DNA of 63,940 nt, filler included, from Lenisia limosa (lineage: Eukaryota; Protista; Breviatea), in the NCBI GenBank assembly GCA_001655205.1. It is 16 parts of 16 records of this genome, joined end to end, with 100 filler letters (N's around TTAATTAATTAA, not from the genome) between each part and the next. Parts side by side here need not be neighbours in the genome. Positions count along the whole stretch, not along the records: positions 10,992 to 15,131 come from LPNZ01006863.1; positions 15,232 to 18,658 come from LPNZ01007682.1; positions 18,759 to 22,061 come from LPNZ01000639.1; positions 22,162 to 23,804 come from LPNZ01011683.1; positions 23,905 to 28,509 come from LPNZ01011077.1; 11 more parts are not named here. One strand, given 5' to 3'. Made by a program: the position numbers and the translations under genes. Position 1 is the first letter of the stretch. Each line of letters starts with the position of its first letter. The notes under the pieces are model-generated. The model ran no database searches. It had not been told where the DNA came from and saw nothing but the letters and a program-made list of their open reading frames with translations. This document shows, piece by piece, positions 12,375-23,988 of the stretch.

Positions 12375-14990
12375 TTCCTTCCTTCGCGTTTCTAAAGCGT
12401 TAATACTGACAAAACGAGTGTTTCTGGCTAACCATTCCATATTACATGAAATACGGGGAGGGGGGAGGGGGAGTGGAGTAAAATGAAGGAAATTTCGATA
12501 AATATTGGCATAAATTGAAACATTTATATAACAAAAAAAAAAGAGACCAAAATCAACTCTGTTGGCTAGCAACACACGAGGGTTGATGACAACAAAACAA
12601 ACAAAGCCCAGTTTAGTCGCTTCTGCAGCCGCATCCCGTTATGTTTTTGAAATCAGGAAAAAAACGACAAAACCCTGACAACAAAAAGCGTCAAACAGAA
12701 GGGATGGGTGAAATGGAGAATTGATTATGATGAAAGCAAATAGGGTGAATCAAATATCATTGTATAATTCAATATAATCTCTTACCCCTTCATCATCATC
12801 ATGGACGCTAACCTGCAGTAGTTCTTCATAACGCAGATAAAACGCCAATGATTTTCTTAGTAGTATCGCGTTCTGCCCAGGGACGTAATGAAGAGGAGTA
12901 GTGCAATAACACCTGAAAGGTGAGAACCTTGCCAGTTACCAGTACAATATTATTATAATATATAAGTATTAAGCGCCTTGACCCTGAAAGGTCAGAACCT
13001 CGCGCTAGTAAAATAGGACATATACTTTTGATAGTCATATCTCGCTATACAGTATATGCATAAATATCCGCCGTCCATATATATCTGTGAATTTTCTCTA
13101 TCTGTGAAAACAAACCAAATGAACATTTACCTTGATAAAACAAGTTGAGTATCACAGTATTTATCATAAATCCATTACATTTTTGAGGATCATCTTCGGA
13201 ATTTACTTCAATTAAACACAACCAAAAGAACATATACGACAGAAAACAAAGGTTTAACCCATTTTTAAGAAGAAATAATTGATATATTTTACATTTTACC
13301 ATATGCTTGACAAATAAGCAGCAATCTCTCCAAAATAATAATGTTGTCATCAACAAATAAAAGTTATTTTCATGTGTGTTAGCAACAAGAGTGTTAAGAC
13401 TATTTTCTTAGTTCTATGCAATATTTGGAGAAATTTTTTAGCTTATTTCAAATAAATTCACAGATATATGAACGGTGTGATATACATATACTATAATATA
13501 TTGTATCATATATCACTATATTATAAAAGCATATAGTAGATAAATATTATACATATTATATCGATATCATATCTTATGTACACGTAGCATATTATCTCCA
13601 ACAGCCTCTCTCCCCCCCCCCCCNNNNNNNNNNNNNNNNNNNNNNNNNNNNNNNNNNNNNNNNNNNNNNNNNNNNNNNNNNNNNNNNNNNNNNNNNNNNN
13701 NNNNNNNNNNNNNNNNNNNNNNNNNNNNNNNNNNNNNNNNNNNNNNNNNNNNNNNNNNNNNNNNNNNNNNNNNNNNNNNNNNNNNNNNNNNNNNNNNNNN
13801 NNNNNNNNNNNNNNNNNNNNNNNNNNNNNNNNNNNNNNNNNNNNNNNNNNNNNNNNNNNNNNNNNNNNNNNNNNNNGCTGGGGGGAGAGATGATGCTGTA
13901 ATCCTAAATAATACGCACCAAACAGCAATTGTGATCTCAGGGTTTTGTTTCTCTTTTTCGGTTCAAAGAGTATTGTACCCTCTCAACCCCCCTCCTCTCT
14001 CCCTGTGTGTGGGCTTAGGGAGAGAGGAGGAGGGGTGTACCCCCTCAAACTTGGTATAAAGCCCACAAGTAGACAGTAGAGAAACCCGAAGATGATAAAG
14101 ACAAACGGGGCATAAACCTAAAGCGGTAAGTCAACATTATAATGTATGGAATATATTGTAAATTTTATCCACTTGAGATATGATCATATGACCGACTTTC
14201 AAGATGATAAAAAAGAGACGAGGGTTCATCTCAAATGTATCAATCAATGAGACTTGTCGTCAATTATCATACGAGTGAATATGAGGTATAAAATGACAGT
14301 TCCCACATGGTGCGAAGATGATCCAAACAGTAGTATGATAGCATATGCAAAAACCTAGATCTTCCCTGCGGTCCGAAAAAGCCCGTTTCAATATCGATAT
14401 TTATCGAGGATTTATCGAGAAATTCAGTCTATTATCGGACCAAAGGGAAGCCCTAGTAGTACACCCATCCCCCCTACGCCGAATCTCAGGAACACCTGCC
14501 GCAATGCAATAATACTTCTCAGGCCTGCCAAAATGTAGAACAGCGTCCCTATTAGGAGCTATGGAGGGGGGGGGGGGAGTAAAATGAGAAAATATATGAA
14601 ACAAACAGAGCCCAAAATCAACTCTGTTGGCTGATAACACACGAGGGTTGAGAACAACAAAACANNNNNNNNNNNNNNNNNNNNNNNNNNNNNNNNNNNN
14701 NNNNNNNNNNNNNNNNNNNNNNNNNNNNNNNNNNNNNNNNNNNNNNNNNNNNNNNNNNNNNNNNNNNNNNNNNNNNNNNNNNNNNNNNNNNNNNNNNNNN
14801 NNNNNNNNNNNNNNNNNNNNNNNNNNNNNNNNNNNNAAAAAAACGCCAATAGCCCAGGTGGCTGGCATTATGGAAACACAAAAGGAATAAAAACATCAAA
14901 ATACATTTTTGCAGCACTGGAGGATGAAAATGGCGATGGTGTGAAGTAATAATTGTAATTGAAACTTCAAACAAAAAAACCACAAACACG
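12375..14990 (-). CDS. Probable multi-exon membrane protein; exon structure poorly resolved
   Basis: Hydrophobic exon candidates with GT/AG ends: ~14558-14478 (LLIGTLFYILAGLRSIIALRQVF), ~14118-14070 (LCPFVFIIFGFLYCLL) and ~14900-14837. Gaps hide part of the gene. Confidence 0.3.
12440..12630 (+). repeat. Family D dispersed repeat (~100-200 bp), longest visible copy
   Basis: (G)n-AGTAAAA(C/T)GAAGGAAATTTCGAT...AATTGGAAAATTTATGAAACAAAAAA..CCAAATCAACTCTGTTGGCT...ACACGAGGGTTGA...AACAAAGCCCAG..AGTCGCTTCTGC. About 20 copies or fragments: ~604, 1042, 1855, 9075, 10302, 10815, 11695, 11920, 14565, 15060, 21930, 25120, 28610, 28952, 44141, 46610, 57925, 60560, 61935, 63870. Confidence 0.85.
13066..13482. 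mobile_element. Family F MITE, long form
   Basis: TIR (CA)CCGTCCATATATCTGTGAATTT / AAATTCACAGATATATG(G/A)ACGGTGTGA. Internal sequence is shared with 24826-25072. Confidence 0.75.
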
Positions 14991-15231
14991 AGCAACACGG
15001 AGGTGGAGTAAAAATGTCAAAATCCCACCACCCCCCTCCCCGGTGATCAGTACCTTTTCGCCAATATTCTTCATCGAAATTTCCTTCGTTTTACTCCCCC
15101 CTCCCCCAGGGCTTCACTTCGGTTCGAAAAANNNNNNNNNNNNNNNNNNNNNNNNNNNNNNNNNNNNNNNNNNNNTTAATTAATTAANNNNNNNNNNNNN
15201 NNNNNNNNNNNNNNNNNNNNNNNNNNNNNNN

Positions 15232-18200
15232 GAGGCTCTGGACATGGGCCGCATCGGGCTGGAGTTCTCTAAGTCGCCGCCGGACTTCCCAAGCAGTTCG
15301 GAGGAGGAGATCGAGACGGACGAGACGCGCAAGAGGGACGCCGAGCGTGAGGAGGACCTGTCTGATATCGACAAGCGCATTTGCGAACACGAGAAGAAGG
15401 TTGCTGGGAATACGAGAAGAAATTTTCTGGGAACTCGGCTTCGGTCCCGTAAAGCTGGCTCAAACAAGAGTATTACATATAAGAAACGACCCATTTCCCC
15501 TATTTTCTCACCTTCTTTAGTACGAAGAGGGACGAAAGACACTGGACAGCAGAGAGGTGGGCTGGTACCTTCTTATCGTTTTCGGGTAGTTAACACACCT
15601 CTAAACCCATGCTAAACGGCCTTTGATTCAGCAGATCCGCGAATTGAAAAGCGAAATCCGTCGTTTGGGGCAGAAGAAGGACGCCATCATAACGCGCAAG
15701 AATTGGCACATTCACTGCAGAGCGCCCAAGGTGCGTGCGATAGTGGTTGCTTTTTTTTATATACATGTATACATACATGTATGTTATATAATTATTATTA
15801 TTATTATTTTTTTTTATTATTTTTTTTTTTTTTTATGGACTGTACATTGNNNNNNNNNNNNNNNNNNNNNNNNNNNNNNNNNNNNNNNNNNNNNNNNNNN
15901 NNNNNNNNNNNNNNNNNNNNNNNNNNNNNNNNNNNNNNNNNNNNNNNNNNNNNNNNNNNNNNNNNNNNNNNNNNNNNNNNNNNNNNNNNNNNAACACGTG
16001 GGCTGAATATGGAGGGTTACAGCTTTTAGAAGGGATGGAGGGAGTAATGCTCAGATTATTGCTCACAGCATTGCTTTCGGCTTTCCCTATTCGCCTTGTG
16101 TTGCTGCCCACAGTTCAAGTTGACACTCTCAGGTGGCTCAGTACGTTACTCTCCTGCGACACTTCCTCCACCTTGCCGTCAAGGGTGAAGTCTGTGACTA
16201 TAACTTCATGCTGTTCCCCTACACCGCTCCGAGCCTTGACGACATCAAAACGTGGGCGGTGGATGGCCTTTCTGGGCTTTGTGTGGCACTTTTCTCAATT
16301 CGGTACCCCTTACCTATAATAACTTTTTCATCTGCTTATCCCTATAGATGGGGCGGCTCACAAACACACTCGCTCCTTACCGACGCTCTCCCCCTGGACC
16401 TTCTGACGTACATGGTCATCACAACCACGCGCAGAGGTGGGCGTACCTGGGGTGTTTTTTTTCACTTGGCTGCTCAATATAATGCCGAATAGGCCGTTCA
16501 CTCCTTCCTCGCCACATTCGAGACGCACTCAAACGCGGGGAGCCCCTTTCCTCCATGGACAAGATCGTCTTTTCCGTAGGCCTTGTGCTATTCTCTTTGT
16601 TCTTCAAAGGAGAGGAGGATAACATTGTACATTTCATTTTGGGATATTAACTCCAGTAGCCCCTTCTCACTGACTTTGTGCAAAACCAGCTCAAGCGTCT
16701 TAAGCCTGACTTCTCAGTAAGCTCTGAGGACCCTGGGGCTTCCTTGTGCGAATTTTCGTTATTTCGGATTCTTAAAATGCTGGCTTGAGGACTTTTCATC
16801 TTTTTTTTTTTTTTTTTTTTTTTTNNNNNNNNNNNNNNNNNNNNNNNNNNNNNNNNNNNNNNNNNNNNNNNNNNNNNNNNNNNNNNNNNNNNNNNNNNNN
16901 NNNNNNNNNNNNNNNGCTACCTCTTCCGCAGGTCGGCTATCAAATGTCATAGTCTCTATTGAGTTTAAAAAAAGCTTCATTATCCCCATTTCCCAGCTTC
17001 CTTCACCATTATCCCATTCCCCAGCTTCACGTCATCCGACGTCATGATCCACGCCAACCCCCCGGCGTCCCCTTTCGACAACCCCGCAGTCTACCCTGTT
17101 CCTCTCGTTGTCTCCAGGATCGTAGACGGAAGAGAAGTTTGCTCATTTCAGCCCTGGGCTGTTCTCACTACTCAGGTCATCTGCAATGCGGACGATGTTC
17201 CCTACGAGCTCAAATGGGACTATGTAGGGGGGTCCAGTGTCGATGTGCAATTGTTTCATCACGACTTGACATTTCGTCACGTGACTTGACAGGTTTCTCC
17301 GCGAGGCCGTCGCACTACTAAGAAGAAGCCCGGTATGGGGTAAGTAGTCCTTCGGTTGAATCTATTCATACTTCTTTCTGTGCAAGATCGGGTAATACAA
17401 ATATAAAGTTATATTTGCTACTTTTTCTCCCCCCAATAGTACCTTACACTCTTCCAGTCCCGTCAATCCCCGAAATCACCAGGACTAGCACCTATCAACC
17501 CCCCACGATCGTCACTGTCGCCAACGCAGTCAAAACTGCCCAGCCCGCAGGCTTGTCAGGGTCAGCCATTGATTCCGATATCCTCGCCGCCATCGCCAAA
17601 CGCCAGCAGGCGTCCAGGCTTGGGTTCGAAACTGTTGCAAAGCAGGTGTGTGGACCGCAATTTTGAGACTTAGTATTGCCCACTTCATCGTAATAACTGC
17701 TCTAATCACTAGAGGGAGGCACCGCCGCCACCACCACCCCCATCCAGCTCGAGATTTGTTGTGAGGAAGAACCGAAAGGTACCCCATCCCCAGCCTCGCG
17801 AGCGTAGACTCCCGGTCGGTTGCCACTTAAGGCCATGAAGGGCTTCAATCTTTGTCTTTTCCTCTGTTTTCTCATTATCTTCTTCACTCTGATTGGCCCT
17901 ACTCCAATATTGTAGCATGACTAGCATTATTAGGCCTACTCCAATATTGTAGCTGACTGACATTATTAGGCCCAACACAGTGGACCAATGCTCACCCCCA
18001 ACATGCAGGCCCCTCCGCTTGACACGCCTCAACAAGTATGCTATCCATATTATTGATGCTTTCCTTCGACCTGAACAAGGCAGCTGATTTATCGAGGAGG
18101 GATGCGTAACTGTCCATGGTTATCTGCAATACTCGGGTTTTCTGACATGAGGGAGGAGTGGGATTATATCTTTTCAATCTCGTTTCTGATTTGGTGTTAA

Positions 18201-18480
18201 AGAACACCCTCCTATGTGGCTGGGATCAAGTTGACAATCCAGGTCTATGCTCCGCCGTATCAATCTCAGCAACCCCTCGGAGGTATGTTTAGGTTGCCAT
18301 ATGCATTATTATTTCTTTCACTCAAACAACTGTTTATTTCTGGAAGCATTTTCAAGAGCTGAAGCAAACTTTTGAGATGTACTACCCAACACCAACAGGC
18401 CAGTTAAGCAAAGACCTTACATTCCAGGCTATGCTCCTAAGGCATCAGTACAAGGACTCCCCCAGGCTCCCAGCATAGGT
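15232..18480 (+). CDS. Unknown multi-exon protein with an N-terminal coiled coil and a Pro/Gln-rich tail; 5' partial
   Basis: Exon candidates: ...EEDLSDIDKRICEHEKK | IRELKSEIRRLGQKKDAII | VAQYVTLLRHFLHLAVKGEVCDYNFMLFPY | MIHANPPASPFDNPAVYPVPLVVSR...YELKWDY | VSPRGRRTTKKKP | Pro/Gln-rich exons to ~18480. No family recognised; may be two genes. Confidence 0.45.
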
Positions 18481-21400
18481 TTGTGGGCATGCATACGATT
18501 GATTAGCGTGTTATTCCACAAACATATCGAGAAAGCTGTGTGTACAGAGTTGTCAGACAAATAATTGGGTGAATTAATATTGTACTACGTGATGGACGGC
18601 TTCGGCCAGATACAACCTTGTTTTTTATTTCTCATTGCTATTTAGTATAGTATGTTCANNNNNNNNNNNNNNNNNNNNNNNNNNNNNNNNNNNNNNNNNN
18701 NNTTAATTAATTAANNNNNNNNNNNNNNNNNNNNNNNNNNNNNNNNNNNNNNNNNNNNGCGAAAAGGGAATGAACTGAACTGTGAACTGAACTTTTGACT
18801 TCAAAAGAATTTTTTTTTTCTTAAAACAGTTTTATGGAGGACTGTAAGGTTATTTTTGGATAAAGCGATAAAATTGAGGTGTATGGGGTGGTTTTCTGAA
18901 TTAATGACACGGTTTTGGTGCAGCAGCATATATTGCTAGAGCTTTACTTTGGTTTGAAAAATACTGAATTTCTCGATAAATCCTCGATAACTATCGGTAT
19001 TTTGCCGTTTTTCAAACCGAAGTGAAGTCCTGTAATATAATATTATGGAATACAGAAGACAGTAAGGGTGATATTCACTAAACCATGACTCCTTTCACTA
19101 TAAGCAAGAAAGTTGAGACAGTTTAGCTAAATTGTCACTCTCACATCCCTTAAAATATCATGAGTAACGATAAAAATCCGCCTTCTCCATGCTAAACTGA
19201 CAAAATAAGTCAAATAGCCGTTCTGTGTTGTATTTCATTTCTTCAATGGATCTTCAAGTTGTTTTCAGGACAGCGTATCAAATCAGCATTATTTCACTCC
19301 TCTAGTTATGGTCGACCTTCGGGATCAATTTAGTTGATCCTGAGGCTGAAACTGGCTCGGAAGGTTTCCATGGAATGGGGTGGTGGTAGTCCTAGCTGCT
19401 CACTGTCTCACCAGTTTTTTTCGTTTTCTGTGTGTTATTGTGTTTTTTTCTTGTCTGTTTTGAAATGATTTTTATATATTTATTTATGTTTCCAGATTCA
19501 TTATACCATCAAACATGTGTGCAATTATCTTTGGTTATTATTGATATGGTAATGATCAGGGACCTCCAAGGATATTTAATTTCGTCGTAATAAAATGACA
19601 AAATGTTGTTTTTGAACAGAGCAAAGTTTTTCAACTTGTTAAGTATTGGAGATTTATTCAAAGTTATTCAAACTTTGGAAATTGTTAACTTTGAAAACTG
19701 TGAACAGCTCTGTGTTTGAAAGGCAATTACATAAATCTCCACCACTTCAGTGTGCGTAATCAAGTCACCAATTCAACTTTGATCCCAAGACACAATCATG
19801 AGATACTACATTCGTCATATGGAGAGTTTGAAGCGGTTGATGAATTACAGATCTATATATAGTATATATAAATGAAGAAAGGTAAATGGTGATATGGATA
19901 TGTAGGTAAAGTTTATTTTTATTTCAACATTTCAATAGTTGATTTTTATAGTCGGGCAGGCAAGTAAGATACGGGGTTATAGTTTCCCTTTTAGGAAAGT
20001 TTCTGTTGTAGCAAAATAGGAAGTTAACCTCTCAGAGCCACACCCCCCTCTCCAGCCCCAAACCCTCAAACAACCAAATAACACCTGAACCAGCCAGGAA
20101 CCAGCGAATCAACAATACCAAACAAGCCATTGGTGAAATGTGAGAAGTGTGGTGGATCACGGGATCGGGTTTGTTTTTGTTTGTTTTGAGATTATTGCAT
20201 TTCAGTTTAAATTTGATTTCAATACGTTTTTTAATGTATTAATTATTAATTATATCTGAAATAGGAGGAAATTTTCATTTTCAGAGGGATGTTTATGGCA
20301 TGTTCTCCAATAGAGCTGGCCGTTTCTGGCTTTCTCTCCACAAAGGGCCTTTTTGGTAAGTTCTGGTGCATTTAAAACCTTTAATTCTGCACCAGATCAA
20401 TCTGAAGGTATAGCTCAGTCTCAATGTTTTAGTTTATAGGCTGCTTAGCTTTATGTGGGTGGCAGGCTTCCACCTTGAAGGATATTTCAGATGTAAGTGG
20501 GGCTGATTCCCGAAGATTAATGGTGCCTTCATTCCTACTGATCACTTACGCCCCCTTCTGGCTTCCTTTTACCAGAAATGTTAAAACTACGATATTTGAT
20601 TCCGATTGAAAAGCAGCGCACTGATCATCTGAGACGTGTGGTGTGGCCTGGTTCTGCTAGAGGCCAGGTGGAAATGTTGGAACCGAAAAAGTTTGATAAC
20701 TTTGCTTTTCAAGAAAAGATGTCAATTACGCTTTTATATTGGAGGATTTAAGAAGAAAAGTCGTCACTTTTTTTTTTTGCTGACATAGTTTTCACCAACC
20801 CTAAGTCGGTTTCTGTGTCTGAAAATGGGTAAAAAAACGTCAAATTTATTATTATTATTTAGCTTTTCCCTACACGCTGATAATAATACCACCCATTTTT
20901 AGATAGCCAAACTTTACCAACAAACGATCGTGTTTGTTTATCCTCCTGATCCGTTTAATTTACATCCTTCGACCTTTTCTCGTTGAACTTTGTCGGTTCC
21001 ACATTTTTAACGCACCAACGGTCAAGTACCTTATTTCTTCGGGAAATTGTCCTTCTATACAGTCCCCATTTCATGTTAATTGTACCTACTCTATTGTGCA
21101 TTGAACAAATGTCATCAAACTTCACCTTGTTAACCCTACCGTTGTTAACCTTTAAGTCTGGGACGCTGGCAAGTACAATGTTTATCTCACCATCTGGAGC
21201 TTCATGCTGCTGGCGGTAACACAGATGGTTGGGAGGGGGACAGGGCAGTCTGGTGTAATCAGTAGGGCTTCAAGGCTGGATTTTCGATAAATCTTCACTC
21301 TTATTATTATTTCGGTCTTTTTCGGACCAGAGTGAATGGGGTCAGGGTTGTAGGTTCTTAAATTGTTTATTGAATTGGCTCTTGGAGGAGTGCATATCAA

Positions 21401-22546
21401 ACTGGTCGAGCCATTATCAGTGTCGATATTCCTTAGACACGCCTTGAGACATTTTTCAATCTCAACATATCCATTCATATATACACCCAATAGAGTGGTG
21501 TATTTATTAAGGTTTCACTTCGGTTCGAAATAGATATAAAAAATGATAGTTTTCGAGGATTTGGGAAATCATATAGCAATTCGGTCAAGACTTATCCCGG
21601 TCACTGTATATTTGATATGCGTTGTTCAATCGTAGCTTTACTGTCATACAACTATAATTGATCCGGGTTCTGACTCAGCTTCACAATAGAATAATTTTAC
21701 CATGATCCAGCTGCTGTCAATGGTGAGCTTTAAGAACCTCCCAAATGATCGTCAAGATCTACAATTCCAAAGGGTGGGGGTGGATTAATCTAGGATTACA
21801 AATAAACACACCTGGATGACATGCATATAAACAAAACTACCCTCTCTTTTTATTATTTCTCCTTTCTACATAGTATTATAGCTTAGCTTACGTAATGGGA
21901 TGTGGTGCTACAGAATCATCTGGCCTGGACGTTGTTTGTTTTGTTGTTTTCTACCCTCGTGTGTTCGCAAATGTTTAGAGATCAGCGATGGTATCTTTTC
22001 TATTTTTTCAGTTTCAGATTATTCGGTTCGTGATTAGTACGAAAATTCCCTTCGTTTTACCNNNNNNNNNNNNNNNNNNNNNNNNNNNNNNNNNNNNNNN
22101 NNNNNTTAATTAATTAANNNNNNNNNNNNNNNNNNNNNNNNNNNNNNNNNNNNNNNNNNNNTGATGGAAGGCAGACAGGAAGGCGATATCACCGGAGACC
22201 TAAAGAGCCTTTATAAACGGACAGGCAATTTGGTGGGCTGACGTGGGTGTACTATTGCTAATTTGAAGGGCCAGAAGAACACAGGTATTTATTATATTTG
22301 AGTTATAAGCGTGATGCTGTGAACATGTATTATATGATATGTATTTCTCATCTTTGTATTCTAAGCTGATGGACATGTCTGTATTTTCCTTGGGCCCAAG
22401 CTTACATCCTGATCCAGGTTGAACTGGCAGGGTTCCTGACATTCGGCCTCTCATTTATCTACTTCCTCCTCACAAGACCTGTCACTTTCCGCACACCAAA
22501 CTACGCTAAAAATACCATCAGGCTCAAGGTAGGGGGGGGGTATCAT

Positions 22547-22646
22547 CAGGGCTTCCCTACGGTCCGAAAAAGACCGTCATAATATCGATATTTATCGAGG
22601 ATTTATCGGAAAATTCGGTCTATTTTGGGACCGTAGGGAAGCCCTA
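22547..22646. mobile_element. Family A hAT-type MITE, subfamily A2
   Basis: Termini CAGGGCTTCCCTACGGTCC...GGACCGTAGGGAAGCCCTA with a perfect 8-bp TSD GGTATCAT on both sides. Confidence 0.9.
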
Positions 22647-22893
22647 GGTATCATTAAACTGCAGGTGTATTAATGTCTGGAGGTGGGTGAGTGGATTTGA
22701 CTTATGCGGGTGGAGGGGAGGGGGTAAAAGAGCGGCATTAGGCCCAGGTGTTGTCTTTACATCTTCATTCAGTAGCATAACCGAATTGTGTAAATCGAGA
22801 TACATTTCAGTATCAGAGCACAGCACCGCTTCTCACGTTCACAATTTACCACATTTCAGTATTAGAGCATAGCACCGCTTCTCACGTTCTCAG

Positions 22894-23740
22894 GTTGCAG
22901 CAGTCGTGATTTCCTTGGTTGTTGGCCTGCTCTTGATGATTGCCGCCTCAACGTTTGACGCCGGTCATCCGGAGAAGTTCCAGGACTACATGGTGGGGGG
23001 GGGGGGGGGGNNNNNNNNNNNNNNNNNNNNNNNNNNNNNNNNNNNNNNNNNNNNNNNNNNNNNNNNNNNNNNNNNNNNNNNNNNNNNNNNNNNNNNNNNN
23101 NNNNNNNNNNNNNNNNNNNNNNNNNNNNNNNNNNNNNNNNNNNNNNNNNNNNNNNNNNNNNNNNNNNNNNNNNNNNNNNNNNNNNNNNNNNNNNNNNNNN
23201 AGAAGAGGAATGTGAGCCGCACCTACCTCTTTTGCTGTCTTTTTGATGATTTTTTTAAGCTTAGTATTTCTGTGTTGTTTTATTTTTGGGTAATATGTTT
23301 TTATGTTCTTTTTTATGATTCTGGGTAGAAAATAAGCATTACATCGGTTACAACATACATAACGTCTTGACCTCACCCCTTACAGTATACTACGACTCAT
23401 TCAACGGCTCTGAGGATGACGAGTCCTGGGGCGNNNNNNNNNNNNNNNNNNNNNNNNNNNNNNNNNNNNNNNNNNNNNNNNNNNNNNNNNNNNNNNNNNN
23501 NNNNNNNNNNNNNNNNNNNNNNNNNNNNNNNNNNNNNNNNNNNNNNNNNNNNNNNCTCGCGTCCGTTGTCATTCCTTGTGGGGGGTGGGGTGTTTGAACA
23601 TACGCTTTATGGCGATGGGATATAAATGTTCTGCAGGGATGGTCTACCTCTTTGCTATCATGGATGGGCCACTCCTTTGCTATCATCGTGTCACTGTCCA
23701 CTCACCACTGCTCAGCTCTCCTGTGCTGTCTGTTCTGTTC
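22894..23740 (+). CDS. Fragment of a membrane protein
   Basis: Exon 22894-22992 (VAAVVISLVVGLLLMIAASTFDAGHPEKFQDYM) is bounded by cag and gt. A further exon (YYDSFNGSEDDESWG) lies at ~23385. Confidence 0.4.
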
Positions 23741-23988
23741 GCATGAGCGCTATCAACTCACCGTTCTTCTGGACTTTGAGGTGAGAGGAGCAAAGGATAT
23801 ACATNNNNNNNNNNNNNNNNNNNNNNNNNNNNNNNNNNNNNNNNNNNNTTAATTAATTAANNNNNNNNNNNNNNNNNNNNNNNNNNNNNNNNNNNNNNNN
23901 NNNNGCATAGCATATGATATACACCACTTTTCTCTGGAAAAGCAGTCCAGGCAATCAATTTAGTAAGTTCCCAATTTCATTTATGTAG

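Noticed and set aside
16490-16580. LLPRHIRDALKRG as a guanylate/adenylate cyclase motif
   Set aside because: The frame is uncertain and no catalytic cyclase motifs follow.
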